This document shows positions 1 through 9,715 of a stretch of 64,000 bases of DNA, piece after piece. Source of the DNA: Candidatus Limnocylindrales bacterium (lineage in GTDB: Bacteria > Chloroflexota > Limnocylindria > Limnocylindrales > CSP1-4); assembly GCA_036392215.1 (NCBI GenBank), contig DASVYJ010000091.1, positions 1,115 to 65,114 of the forward strand. Direction: 5' to 3'. The notes beneath the pieces are model-generated. The model made no database searches. It had not been told where the DNA came from and saw nothing but the letters and a program-made list of their open reading frames with translations. How positions within the stretch are numbered: the stretch's first letter is position 1; each line of letters begins with the position of its first letter. Made by a program: the position numbers and the translations under genes.

Positions 1-61
1 TCTTGCGCACGTGCCGTACGCTACCCAGCCATCCGATCCGCCGACACCCGGAGGCCACCCG

Positions 62-490
62 ATGCCCGCCGCCATACACACCGTCACCATCCAGCGGCCC
101 GTCGAGGAAGTGTTCGCGTTCATCGCCGACGGCGAGCAGAGTCCGCGGTGGCGCTCGGGCGTTCTCGACATCAAGCGGGTCTCGGGCGAGGGTGTCGGCG
201 CCCGCTACGCGCAGGGCGTGGCGGGTCCGATGGGTCGCCGGGTCGCCGCTGACTACGTGATCACGGTGTTCGAACCGAACCGCCGCATCGACTTCCAGAC
301 CACGGCCGGGCCGGTCCGTCCGCGGGGCCGGTATGACTTCGAGCCGACCGCCGACGGGACGCGGCTGACGTTCGCCCTGGAGGCCGAGGTCACGGGCTTG
401 CGCGGGCTGCTCATGGGCTCGATGGTCCAGCGAACCATGGACGCCGAGGTGGCCGCCCTCGACAGCGTCAGGCGGATCCTCGAGAGCTGA
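62..490 (+). CDS. SRPBCC-superfamily protein (polyketide-cyclase / AHSA1-like fold)
   Basis: ORF 11..490. Internal ATG at 62 (MPAAIHTVTIQRPVEEVFAFIADGE...) gives a ~143 aa product of typical SRPBCC size and pattern. The N-terminal 17 codons of the track ORF are Pro-rich and look like a non-coding extension. Confidence 0.55.
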   Translation: MPAAIHTVTIQRPVEEVFAFIADGEQSPRWRSGVLDIKRVSGEGVGARYAQGVAGPMGRRVAADYVITVFEPNRRIDFQTTAGPVRPRGRYDFEPTADGTRLTFALEAEVTGLRGLLMGSMVQRTMDAEVAALDSVRRILES

Positions 491-727
491 CGTGGCGGGC
501 CCGCGCCGGGCCGGATCCATACCTTCGCTCGTCCGTCATGGGCGAGGCAGTCGGCCGCTATCGGTCCGCGCAGCGGGAGAAACGGCGCAGCCTTGAGGCC
601 GCGCCGCTTCTCCGGGACGACCTCGAGATCCTGGGGTCAGGCTCGTCGCAAATCCCGGCCCGCCATTCGTGAGCGAGCTGGCATCCCCCGGGAGCGCGGC
701 AGCGTCCGCCGCCGGCCGGATCAGGCC

Positions 728-1192
728 TCAGTACTCGCCCTTGATGACGAAGAACGAGCCGCGGATCGTCCCGGCGAGCTTCGACTTCTGCCTGGCGAAC
801 TTGAAGCGCGAGCCGAGCTCGGCCGGCACCTCCATCCCGTCCGAGAGCTTGAAGCCGACGGCTCGCTTGCCGGCATCGTCGAGGGTGTAGAGCACGTTGA
901 TCGACAGGCCGTTCTCGTAGAAGACGTAGGCCCACTTGATGTTCTCGACCTGGAAGACGGTCGCCTCGAGCGGACGCGACGAGATGGCCAGGTCGCGCTC
1001 CTCGCGGAGGATCCGGTGGACCCAGTCGATGATGTCCCGGGCCTCGCTCGCCTGCAGGACGGTGAAGTCGTGGCCGTACTTGTTCTTGAAGTAGCGGGCC
1101 TCGTTCGCCCGCAGGCCGGCCAGGGCGGGAGCGACCGGCGAGGACTCCAGGCCGACCGTCGAGACGTCGGTGAAGTCCACCACGTAGGCCAT
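728..1192 (-). CDS. hypothetical protein (154 aa), family not recognised
   Basis: ATG at 1192 (MAYVVDFTDV...) is preceded by a perfect SD: AAGGAGGAGTG then ATG. Codon usage and GC are lower than the flanks. The longer track ORF 728..1303 has a junk N-terminus. Confidence 0.6.
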   Translation of the reverse strand: MAYVVDFTDVSTVGLESSPVAPALAGLRANEARYFKNKYGHDFTVLQASEARDIIDWVHRILREERDLAISSRPLEATVFQVENIKWAYVFYENGLSINVLYTLDDAGKRAVGFKLSDGMEVPAELGSRFKFARQKSKLAGTIRGSFFVIKGEY

Positions 1193-1520
1193 CACTCCTC
1201 CTTGTGCCCGAGCCTTCCGACCACACGATCGGACGCCTTCGTGTCGTCCCCACCAGTCGGTGACGGTCTCATGATGGGCCAACGACGCGGCGGTGGCCTC
1301 CATGGTGGCTCCGGAACCCAGGCTGGTGCATCCGGCGAGGCGGCGAGTGATCCGCCGACGACGGTTCGGTCACGGGCTGCGAACTGCACACCGCGCGTGC
1401 GGGCCTCGGACCGGAAGCCCTGCGCCATCGGGGGCCCCGACCGGTGAGAATGCAGCGGTGCAGCGGCCGGCGGAGGCCGTCACCGCCTCGGCGCCCGATG
1501 CACCGCCACGCGTGGAGGAG

Positions 1521-1970
1521 ATGATGAGCCTCGCCTTCCGGCATGCCCCCCATCCGCACATCGCCGCGAGGCGAAGTGCGGGACCGCCGAAGACGACCGA
1601 CGAGCACGTGGGTCTCAACGGCAGGATCGCCGTCGTGCTGACCACCGTGGTCGGCACGATGTGGTGCGCCTATGCCTTCGCGGTGCTCGCGCTCGTCGTC
1701 CTGCCCCAGGCCATCCAGGGTGGGCTCCTGACCCTGGTCCAGTGGATCAGCCAGACGTTCATCCAGCTGGTCATGCTGTCGGTGATCATGGTCGGCCAGA
1801 ACGTCCTCGCTCGCGCCTCCGACAAGCGCGCCGACATGACGTACAAGGACGCCGAGGCGACGTTCCACGAGTCGGAGCAGATCCAGGCCCACCTGCAGGA
1901 GCAGGATCAAGCGCTCAACGATCTGCTCGACAAGGTCGCCAGGCTCGAGGCCGCGCTGCAGCGAGCCTGA
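1521..1970 (+). CDS. DUF1003-like membrane protein
   Basis: Start at the MMSLAF ATG (aa 77 of ORF 1293..1970), with GGAGGAG just upstream. Two TM helices followed by a charged coiled-coil tail (TYKDAEATFHESEQIQAHLQEQ...), typical of DUF1003. Upstream ORF residues are Arg/Pro junk. Confidence 0.6.
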   Translation: MMSLAFRHAPHPHIAARRSAGPPKTTDEHVGLNGRIAVVLTTVVGTMWCAYAFAVLALVVLPQAIQGGLLTLVQWISQTFIQLVMLSVIMVGQNVLARASDKRADMTYKDAEATFHESEQIQAHLQEQDQALNDLLDKVARLEAALQRA

Positions 1971-2010
1971 CGGGGCCGCCGCCCTCGGCCCGGCGCGCTC
2001 GGACGGAACG

Positions 2011-3201
2011 GTGATGTTCGACACGCTCCTGGTCATCGTCGTCGCCGGGCTCGTCGGCCCCCTCCTCGCCGCGGGCCGCCGGCCGCTCCTGCCCGCCATC
2101 GTCGGCGAGCTCACGGCCGGCGCCATCCTGGGACGAAGCGGCATCGGGCTGATCGACGCAGCCTCGCCGACCGCGGCGTTCCTCTACGCCCTTGGCTTCG
2201 CGATGCTCATGCTCGTCGCCGGGTCGCGCGTGCAGCTCCGTGGCCCCGGCCTCGCTGCGGGGCTCCGTTCGGCCGCGATCGCCTTCGCGGTGGTCGCCCT
2301 GCTCGCCGTGCTCGCCGGCTTCGCGATCGGGCGGCTGCTCGCCCCCTCGGCGCCGCTGGCCCTGTGGCCGGTCCTGCTCGCGGGCAGCTCCGCCGCGGTC
2401 GCCTTTCCCATCCTGGAGGAGCGCGGCCTGCTGGGCCCCGCGACAGCGATGCTCCTGGCCTGGATCCCGATCGCCGACGCGGCGACCGTCCTGCTGATGC
2501 CGCTCACCCTCATCGGTCCCGAGCGGATCCCGGGCGCGCTCGCGGGCGACGCGGCGATCGTGCTCGTCACGGGCGCGGCGCTCACGGGCGGCCGCTGGAT
2601 CGAGCGGTTCGGCTGGGTGGTGACGCTCAGCGAGCGCTCGCGGTCGCGCGGCTGGGCGCTCCAGCTCCGGGTCACGCTGCTGCTGCTCCTCGTCCTCTCG
2701 ATCGTCGCCGACCGCTCGGGCGGCTCCCTGCTGCTGGCCGGGTTCGGGGCAGGCCTCGTCCTTGCCCGGCTCCGGGAGCCGGAGCGGCTCGAGGTCCAGC
2801 TCTCCGGCCTCGCCGAGGGTTTCTTCGTCCCGGCGTTCTTCGTCCTGCTCGGGGCGAGGCTCGACTTCCGCGCGCTCGCCGGCGATCCGGGCGCCATCGG
2901 GCTGGCCGTCGTGCTCGCCGGCGTCGCGATCGCGATCCACCTCGCCGGCGCGCTCGTGGCGGCGCCGCGGCCGAAGGTCCCGTTCGGGCTCGCCGCCTCC
3001 GCGCAGCTCGGGCTGCCCGCCGCCGCCGCGGCCCTGGGGGCGTCCACCGGGCATCTGTCGCCGGCCGCTGCCGCGGCCATCGTCGCCGCCGGCTGCCTCA
3101 CCGTCGTCCCCTCGTCGATCGGGACCCGCCGCCTCGCGGACGCGGTCCTCGCCACTCCGGCGGCGTCCGGCCAGCCGGCCACGCAGGAGGTCGGGCCATG
3201 A
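2011..3201 (+). CDS. cation:proton antiporter (CPA family, Na+/H+ exchanger-like)
   Basis: 396 aa, 10-12 hydrophobic segments, Gly/Ala-rich antiporter-type helices. GTG at 2011 or ATG at 2014. Confidence 0.75.
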   Translation: MMFDTLLVIVVAGLVGPLLAAGRRPLLPAIVGELTAGAILGRSGIGLIDAASPTAAFLYALGFAMLMLVAGSRVQLRGPGLAAGLRSAAIAFAVVALLAVLAGFAIGRLLAPSAPLALWPVLLAGSSAAVAFPILEERGLLGPATAMLLAWIPIADAATVLLMPLTLIGPERIPGALAGDAAIVLVTGAALTGGRWIERFGWVVTLSERSRSRGWALQLRVTLLLLLVLSIVADRSGGSLLLAGFGAGLVLARLREPERLEVQLSGLAEGFFVPAFFVLLGARLDFRALAGDPGAIGLAVVLAGVAIAIHLAGALVAAPRPKVPFGLAASAQLGLPAAAAALGASTGHLSPAAAAAIVAAGCLTVVPSSIGTRRLADAVLATPAASGQPATQEVGP

Positions 3202-4142
3202 CGCGCCAGACGGAGGCGATCGCCGCGATCGACATCGGCAGCGACACGATCCACCTGCTCGTCGGGGTCCCGTCCGCGGCGGAGGTCGGCGTCGTCGAGC
3301 GGCTCGTCCAGCGGGGCGAGCTCATCGAGCTCGGGCGGCAGGTCGCCCGGAAGGCCCGGGTCGGCCGGCGCCGCGGACGGGCGGTCGAAGCGCTGCTGCT
3401 CGACTACGTCCGGACCGCTCGTCGCCACGCGAGCCGCGTCGTCGTCGGCGCGACCGAGGCGCTCCGGCGGGCGACCGACGGGCCGGCCCTCGTCGAGCGG
3501 CTCGAAGCGGCGGCCGGCGTCCCCGTCCGGGTGCTCTCGGGTCGGCGGGAGGCGGAGCTCGGGCTGGCCGGGATGGCGCACCGCCTCGACGAGGCGGGAT
3601 CGCAGCTCGTCATCGACTCGGGCGGCGCCTCGACCGAGCTGTCACTGTGCGAGGGTCGGGCGAGGGTCGCGGCGGCGTCGCTGCCCGTCGGGGCGGCGCT
3701 GCTCGCGGCGAGCCTTCAGGGCGATCCCCCGGAGGCCCTGTCTTGGGCCCTGGGGGCGGGCCGGATCGGCCGCGCCCTGGCGATCGCCCCCGCGGGCTCG
3801 CCCGTGCGCGCGTTCGCGACCGGAGGCTCGGCCCACAACCTGGCCGGGCTCGAGGACGGCCGGGAAGGGCCCGGCCGGCGGACGCTCACCCTGGACGAGC
3901 TGCGGCAGCTGGCGGAGGCGCTGCTCTCGACGCCCTCGGCGAAGCTGGCCAGGCGCAGCGGCGAGGATCCGCGGCGGGTCGCCCTCCTCCCGCCGGGCCT
4001 CCTCATCGTCGCCAGCGTCCTCGACCACTACGCGCTCGACCGGGTGACGGTCGTCCCGGAGGGCCTCCGCGAGGGCATGATCCGGGCGGCGGCGCAGCTT
4101 GGCGAGGACTGGTGGCGCGAGGGCAGGCCGATCGCCGGCTGA
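3198..4142 (+). CDS. Ppx/GppA-family phosphatase (exopolyphosphatase / guanosine pentaphosphate phosphohydrolase-like)
   Basis: Start MTRQTEAIAAIDIGSDTIHLLVG. The ATG overlaps the antiporter stop (ATGA) and AGGAGG lies upstream. ASKHA-fold N-terminal motifs (DIGS..., DSGGASTEL) are present. The longer track ORF 2364..4142 is a frame extension. Confidence 0.75.
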   Translation: MTRQTEAIAAIDIGSDTIHLLVGVPSAAEVGVVERLVQRGELIELGRQVARKARVGRRRGRAVEALLLDYVRTARRHASRVVVGATEALRRATDGPALVERLEAAAGVPVRVLSGRREAELGLAGMAHRLDEAGSQLVIDSGGASTELSLCEGRARVAAASLPVGAALLAASLQGDPPEALSWALGAGRIGRALAIAPAGSPVRAFATGGSAHNLAGLEDGREGPGRRTLTLDELRQLAEALLSTPSAKLARRSGEDPRRVALLPPGLLIVASVLDHYALDRVTVVPEGLREGMIRAAAQLGEDWWREGRPIAG

Positions 4143-4315
4143 TCCTGCCCGCGCGGCGCGCCGCGGCCACGCCGCCTCCCGCGCCGCCGAAAGATCGCGC
4201 CGATGGTCCCGTGATCAGGGGACCATCGGCCATCGGAGGCGTGCGCCGAACTGACCACCATTGGCCTTTCTTCGTCGGTCGCCCGGGCGGCGATGGAGCG
4301 AGGGTGGTGTCTGGC

Positions 4316-6904
4316 ATGAGTCACGAGCCGTCGGCCGGGCAGGTGCCCGACCTCTTCCATCCGCTGTCTCCCCTGACCCACGCCGCGGCGCGGACCGAGG
4401 CGGAGCGCTGCCTGTACTGCTTCGACGCAGCCTGTGCCCGCGCCTGCCCCACGGGCATCGACGTGCCGTCGTTCATCCGAAAGATCGCGACGGACGACCT
4501 GGAGGGGAGCGCCCGGACGATCCTCGCGGCGAACCCGCTCGGCGGGACGTGCGGCGCGGCCTGCCCCGTGGAGCGACTCTGCGAGGCGGCCTGCGTCCGC
4601 GGCGGCCTGGACCGGCCCGTCGCCATCGGCCGGCTCCAGCGCCATGCGGTCCAGGCCTACGCGGCGACCGGCCGGCCGTTCTTCGCTCCGGGCCCCGAGA
4701 GCGGCCGCCGCGCCGCTGTCGTCGGGGCAGGACCGGGCGGGCTCGCCTGCGCGGCGGAGCTCCGGCGGGCGGGCGTCGCGGTGACGGTCTACGACGGGCG
4801 GCCGCGCGCCGGCGGCCTGGCGGACCACGGCATCGTGCCCTGGCGGCTGCCCCGGGACCTCGTGGCGAGGGAGGCAGCCGAGGTCGAGCGGGCGGGCGCC
4901 CGCTTCGAGCTTGGCGCGAGCGTCGGTGAGGCGGTCCGGCCCGCCGACCTGCTGGCCGACCACGATGCGGTCGTTCTGGCGACCGGGCTCGGCCATTGCA
5001 AGCGGCTGGGCATCGCGGGCGAGGACCTGCCGGGCGTCATCGACGCGCTCGAGCTGGTCGAGCGGGCGATCGACCCGACCCAGGCCGCCCCACTGGTCGG
5101 GCGGCGCGTCGGCGTCGTCGGCGGCGGCAGCACGGCCTTCGACGCGGCGGCGGCGGCGGTCCGGCTCGGCGCGGAGGAGGTGACGGTCTTCTACCGGCGG
5201 ACCGCGGCCGAATGCCCGGCCTACCCCCACGCCATCGACCTGGCGCGGTCGCTCGGCATCGCGATCCGCTGGCTGACGGCGCCGGTCGAGATCCACGGCG
5301 GGGACGTCCTCCGCGCGGTCGTCTTCGAGGCGAATACCCTCGGCGAGCCCGACGCCTCGGGTCGTCGCCGGCCGCTCGCCCTGCCCGACAGTCGCTTTAC
5401 GGTCGAGCTCGACACGCTCGTCCGGGCGGTCGGCCAGGAAGGCCGCTCGGAGCTCCTCGCCGCGTTCGGCATCGCGGACCAGCGCGGCCTCGCCGGCGCT
5501 GACCGAGCAGACGGCCGGACCGCGAACCCGAAGGTCTGGGCGGTCGGCGACGTGACGAGCGGCGGCCGCGAGGTGGTCGATGCCGTCCGGGCCGGCATGC
5601 TCGCCGCCCGCTCCATCGTCGCGGCGCTCGGCCTCGCCAACGCGGCCATCGTCCCCGTCCGGACGGCCGACGCGACCGTCCCCGGCGTCGACCTCTTCAC
5701 CGACATGGCGGGCATCCGCAGCCCGAACCCGTTCTGGCTCGCTAGCTGCCCGATCTCCAACACCGGCGAGATGGTGGCCCGCGCCTTCGACGCGGGCTGG
5801 GGCGGCGCCGTCTGGAAGACGGTCGGCGAGCCGATCCGCAACGTCACCTCCCGCCTCGCGGCGCTCGACGTCGACGGTCGACGCATCGTCGGCCTCTCGA
5901 ACATCGAGCTCATCAGCGACCGGCCCATCGAGGTCAACCTCGCGGAGGTCGCCGAGGTCAAGCGGCGCCACCCCGACCGGGCGGTCGTCGTCTCGCTGAT
6001 GGTCGAGGCCAGGCCGGAGGCCTGGCACGACATCGTGGGGCGGGTCAACGACACCGGCGCCGACGGCATCGAGCTGAACTTCGGCTGCCCGCACGGGATG
6101 AGCGAGCGCGGCATGGGCGCGGCGGTCGGCCAGGTGCCGGACTACGTCCGGATGATCACCGAGTGGGCGGTCGAGGCGAGCCGCGTCCCCGTCCTCGTCA
6201 AGCTGACACCCAACGTCACCGACATCCGGCCGCCGGCCCGGGCGGCCCGGGCCGGCGGCGCCCACGGCGTCGCCCTCATCAATACGATCAGCTCGCTCAT
6301 CGGGGTCGACCTCGACAGCTGGGCACCGCTGCCCGACGTCCGCGGCAAGGGCAGCCATGGCGGCTACTCTGGGCCGGCCGTCAAGCCCGTGGCCCTCAAC
6401 ATGGTCTCGGCCGTGGCCGCCGACCCGGAAGTCCGCCTGCCGGTCTCGGGCATCGGTGGGGTGGCCGACTGGCGGGACGCGGTCCAGTTCCTCCTCGTCG
6501 GGGCGACGACCGTCCAGGTCGGGACGGGCGTGATGCACCTCGGCTTCCGGATGGTCGACGACCTCGTCGACGGGCTCTCCACGTACCTCCGCTCGAAGGG
6601 CCTCCACAGCCCGGCGGAGCTCGTCGGGCGGGCGCTGCCGGCGCTGACCGACTGGGGCCAGCTCGATCAGTCGTTCCGGCTCCTCGCCCACATCGACGAC
6701 GCCCGCTGCATCCACTGCAACCTGTGCTACGCGGCCTGCAACGACGGCGCCCACCAGGCGATCCGCCTCGAGCGCTCGAACGGGACGTCGCACGTCGCGG
6801 TGGACGCGGACCACTGCGTCGGCTGCCACCTCTGCCAGTACGTCTGCCCGGTCGAGGACTGCATCACGATGGAGGAGCTCGAGGGGCCGGCCCTGGTCCA
6901 CTGA
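4316..6904 (+). CDS. NADPH-dependent dihydropyrimidine dehydrogenase, fused PreT-PreA type (GltD-like reductase + DHOD-like TIM barrel + 2x[4Fe-4S])
   Basis: Start MSHEPSAG, in frame with track ORF 2762..6904 (check 4316-2762=1554). The N-terminus has a CxxC Fe-S motif and a GAGPGG FAD/NAD(P) fold. The middle is DHOD-like (NFGCPHGM, GIGGV...). The C-terminus carries CIHCNLCYAAC and CVGCHLCQYVCP ferredoxin motifs. Confidence 0.85.
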   Translation: MSHEPSAGQVPDLFHPLSPLTHAAARTEAERCLYCFDAACARACPTGIDVPSFIRKIATDDLEGSARTILAANPLGGTCGAACPVERLCEAACVRGGLDRPVAIGRLQRHAVQAYAATGRPFFAPGPESGRRAAVVGAGPGGLACAAELRRAGVAVTVYDGRPRAGGLADHGIVPWRLPRDLVAREAAEVERAGARFELGASVGEAVRPADLLADHDAVVLATGLGHCKRLGIAGEDLPGVIDALELVERAIDPTQAAPLVGRRVGVVGGGSTAFDAAAAAVRLGAEEVTVFYRRTAAECPAYPHAIDLARSLGIAIRWLTAPVEIHGGDVLRAVVFEANTLGEPDASGRRRPLALPDSRFTVELDTLVRAVGQEGRSELLAAFGIADQRGLAGADRADGRTANPKVWAVGDVTSGGREVVDAVRAGMLAARSIVAALGLANAAIVPVRTADATVPGVDLFTDMAGIRSPNPFWLASCPISNTGEMVARAFDAGWGGAVWKTVGEPIRNVTSRLAALDVDGRRIVGLSNIELISDRPIEVNLAEVAEVKRRHPDRAVVVSLMVEARPEAWHDIVGRVNDTGADGIELNFGCPHGMSERGMGAAVGQVPDYVRMITEWAVEASRVPVLVKLTPNVTDIRPPARAARAGGAHGVALINTISSLIGVDLDSWAPLPDVRGKGSHGGYSGPAVKPVALNMVSAVAADPEVRLPVSGIGGVADWRDAVQFLLVGATTVQVGTGVMHLGFRMVDDLVDGLSTYLRSKGLHSPAELVGRALPALTDWGQLDQSFRLLAHIDDARCIHCNLCYAACNDGAHQAIRLERSNGTSHVAVDADHCVGCHLCQYVCPVEDCITMEELEGPALVH

Positions 6905-7011
6905 CGGCGGCCGACCCGGGGAGGGCGGCGCAACACCGGCGGCACCATCGCGTCCTCAGCGGTGGATGCGGGACCGCCCGGCTCCCGCCCATCGAAACGA
7001 GGAGCGTCCCC

Positions 7012-7557
7012 ATGCGACTCAGGCTCGTTCTCGCGGCCGCCGTGGCCGTCGCCTCCGCCCTGGCCCTGCCCGCGGCGACTCTGGCCGCCGGCCAGGCGAC
7101 CGTCCAGCAGGTCAGGTTCGAAGCCACGACGCAGACCGACCTGGGCTGCGGCGGCACGCCATTCACGGACCACGTCGTGGCCCACTTCACCTTCGTCAGC
7201 GGCGCGGACGGCTCGCTGCCGATGCAGCTGACCGTCCAACTCGACGCGACGGACACGAACGCGGCGGGAGCCAGCCTGGTCACCTTCGTCCGGAACATCG
7301 ATCGGGTGACGAGCGTGGTCCAGAACGCCGACGGGACGACGACCATGACCGACGATGTCGCGGGCGTGCCCGAGCGGATCACGACGCCCGACGGGACGGT
7401 GGTGACGGAGGACGTCGGCCTCGTGGTGTTCAGCAGCACCTGGGACGCGCAGGGGAACCAGCTGAGCCAGACCGTCGTCCGGGAGGCTGGTCCGCACCCC
7501 GAGGCCGACAGTGGCAGGACCCTCTTCTGCCAGCTCGTGCTGCGCTACCTGGGCTGA
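7012..7557 (+). CDS. secreted hypothetical protein
   Basis: ATG with GAGGAG upstream. N-terminal signal peptide MRLRLVLAAAVAVASALALPAATLAAGQA. Two Cys residues. No recognisable family. Confidence 0.55.
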   Translation: MRLRLVLAAAVAVASALALPAATLAAGQATVQQVRFEATTQTDLGCGGTPFTDHVVAHFTFVSGADGSLPMQLTVQLDATDTNAAGASLVTFVRNIDRVTSVVQNADGTTTMTDDVAGVPERITTPDGTVVTEDVGLVVFSSTWDAQGNQLSQTVVREAGPHPEADSGRTLFCQLVLRYLG

Positions 7558-7589
7558 GCGTCGCGCCGGCAGGTCGGTGATCGCGGAGG

Positions 7590-8255
7590 TCAGGCCGAGG
7601 CTGAGGCCACGGCTTCCTGGGCGCTCCGAGCCAGCGCGACGGCCTCGGCGGCGTTGCGCCGGATCTCATCCCAGCGGCCCGCCGCGATCGCCGCCGTCGT
7701 CGCGATCCACGTCCCGCCGCAGGCCGCGACCTGTGGCAGGGCGAGCCAGTCCGCCAGGTTCGCCGGCCCGATGCCGCCCGTCGGCATGAAACGCAGGCCG
7801 CGATACGGGGCGGCGATCGCGGCCAGGTAGCGCGGGCCGCCGAGGGCCTCGGCCGGGAACAGCTTGAGCAGGCGCAGACCCCGGCCGAGGCCCGCCTCGA
7901 TCTCGCTCGGGGTCGCGACGCCCGGCACCACGGCCATGCCGCGCTCCTGGCAGCGCTCCACGACGGCCGGGTTGAGGCCCGGGGCGACGATGAACTCCGC
8001 CCCCGCGTCGAGGGCGCGGTCCACGGTCGCCGGATCGAGGACCGTGCCCGCGCCGACGAGGACGTCGGGTCGGGCCGCCCGCATCGCGGCGATGGCCGCG
8101 GCCGCGGCGTCGGTCCGGAACGTCACCTCGGCGAGCGGCAGGCCGCCCTCGGCGAGGGCCGCGGCGAGCGGGGCCGCGCCCGCCGCGTCGTCGATGACCA
8201 CGACGGGCACGACTCGCAGCGCCCCGAGGCGTGCGGCGAGGGTCTCGCTGTCCAC
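7590..8255 (-). CDS. eda: 2-dehydro-3-deoxyphosphogluconate (KDPG) / KHG aldolase
   Basis: 221 aa with the Eda-family pattern (VVPVVVIDD...GAGTVL...GPANLADWL). Confidence 0.8.
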   Translation of the reverse strand: MDSETLAARLGALRVVPVVVIDDAAGAAPLAAALAEGGLPLAEVTFRTDAAAAAIAAMRAARPDVLVGAGTVLDPATVDRALDAGAEFIVAPGLNPAVVERCQERGMAVVPGVATPSEIEAGLGRGLRLLKLFPAEALGGPRYLAAIAAPYRGLRFMPTGGIGPANLADWLALPQVAACGGTWIATTAAIAAGRWDEIRRNAAEAVALARSAQEAVASASA

Positions 8256-8264
8256 GGTCGCAGC

Positions 8265-9257
8265 CTACGCCGCCAGGACGCGGTCGAGGTAGGCCGCATC
8301 GAGCCTGCCCGCCGCCAGCGCCGCGCGGTAGGTCTCGATCGTCCGCCGGACCCCGTCCTCGAGCGGCGTCAGCGGGAGCGCGCCCACGGCCGCCTCGAAC
8401 GGCGCCCCGTCGAACGCGGCGGGGAAGGGGAGTCGCCGGTCGTCGAAGGTGAGGCTGCCGCGCGCCGTGGGCTCGACGGCCGCGACCGCGGCCAGCACCT
8501 CGTCCACCCCGATGGCGGGGCCAGGCAGGCTGAAGACACTGGCGCCGGGCAGTTCGGCGCGGGTCGCGGCGATGAAGGCGCGGGCCACGTCGTCGGCGAA
8601 CTGGAACTGGTAGCGGCCGCCGAAGTCGATGTGGAAGGGCCGGCCGACGGCCGCGGCGAGCATCGCCAGGGTCGGCTTGGAGGTCACGCCCTGGTCCCGT
8701 CCCGGCCCATAGACCGAGTGGGGGCGCAGCCCGACGCTGGCGATGCCTCCGGTCTCCCAGGCCACCCGGGCGCCCTGCTCGTTGGCCACCTTGTAGACCC
8801 CGTAGTGCGAGACCGGGAACAGCTCCGCGTCGGCGGGCAGGACCTCGTCGGCGTAGCGCGTCCGCGGCCCGTAGACGGCGGCGCTGCTGGCGTAGACGAG
8901 GCGGCCGATGCCGAGACGGCGGGCCAGCTCGAACATCGTGACCGTGCCCTGGACGTTGACGCGCGCCCCGGCGACGGGGTCCGCGGCGCAGAAGGGGAAC
9001 TGCAGGGCGGCGAGGTGGACGAGATGCGTCACGCGGCGCGCGCGGCCCACCGCCTCGAGCGCGTCGAGGTCGGTCACGTCGCCCTCGACCAGGTCGAGCC
9101 CGGCGAGCTCGGCATCGTCGAGGAGCAGCGCGAGCCGGTCCAGGCGGCGATGCGCCGTGAGGACCGTGACCGGGACGCCCGCGCGGACCAGGTCGCGGAC
9201 GACCCACGAGCCGATGCAGCCCGTCCCGCCGGTCACCAGGAACCGCTCGTCAGCCAC
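8265..9257 (-). CDS. NAD-dependent epimerase/dehydratase family protein
   Basis: GTG start (VADERFLVTGGTGCIGSW...) with a GGAGGAGG SD. Rossmann GxxGxxG motif and a YxxxK catalytic dyad (YGVYK). The longer track ORF N-terminus is overlap junk. Confidence 0.75.
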   Translation of the reverse strand: MADERFLVTGGTGCIGSWVVRDLVRAGVPVTVLTAHRRLDRLALLLDDAELAGLDLVEGDVTDLDALEAVGRARRVTHLVHLAALQFPFCAADPVAGARVNVQGTVTMFELARRLGIGRLVYASSAAVYGPRTRYADEVLPADAELFPVSHYGVYKVANEQGARVAWETGGIASVGLRPHSVYGPGRDQGVTSKPTLAMLAAAVGRPFHIDFGGRYQFQFADDVARAFIAATRAELPGASVFSLPGPAIGVDEVLAAVAAVEPTARGSLTFDDRRLPFPAAFDGAPFEAAVGALPLTPLEDGVRRTIETYRAALAAGRLDAAYLDRVLAA

Positions 9258-9291
9258 CGCTGCCTCCTCCGCCCGGATGCCTCGTCGCGCC

Positions 9292-9588
9292 TCAGCCGAC
9301 CGAGCTGTAGGCCACGATCTCCATCCCGCCGTGCAGCTCGTTGAGGGCCGGCTGGAGGGCCTGGTGGACATCGCTCGTCCGCCAGGCGGCGGCCTGCTCG
9401 GCCGACTCCCAGCGGAACACCATCTGGTAGCGCTCCGGGTGCTCGAGCTCGCGCAGAAGCGAGCATTCGATGAGGCCGGGCATCTGCAGGACGGGCGGCC
9501 GGTACGACTCGGCGAAGAACCGCTCGAAGTCGACGGTCCGGCCGGGATGGACCTGGTAGGTGATATGGCGCTCGATCATCCTCGCACC
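9292..9588 (-). CDS. antibiotic-biosynthesis-monooxygenase (ABM) domain protein
   Basis: 98 aa, MIERHITYQVHPGRTVDFERFF..., a Dabb/ABM ferredoxin-like fold. This is the tail of the long track ORF 9292..10785, whose remainder is antisense junk. Confidence 0.6.
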   Translation of the reverse strand, partial: GARMIERHITYQVHPGRTVDFERFFAESYRPPVLQMPGLIECSLLRELEHPERYQMVFRWESAEQAAAWRTSDVHQALQPALNELHGGMEIVAYSSVG

Positions 9589-9715
9589 CTCGGGACATGA
9601 CTGGTCTGACCAGTTGACGACTTTAGCAGACGGCCATAGCATCGGGGCGACGGGGTCGTCGAGCGTCCGCGGCGATCGAGGGGCGGGGAGCAGTCGCGGG
9701 AGGCGAGCGGAGCGG

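Noticed and set aside
4028-6901. 957-aa ORF on the minus strand, antisense to the DPD gene
   Set aside because: Arg/Gly/Asp/Pro-rich translation with no domain-like pattern. A typical stop-codon-free antisense frame of a high-GC gene.
2762-6904. 1380-aa ORF on the plus strand
   Set aside because: Only its last 862 codons (from the ATG at 4316) encode the DPD. The first ~500 codons read through the antiporter and Ppx genes in another frame and are Arg/Ser/Pro low-complexity junk.
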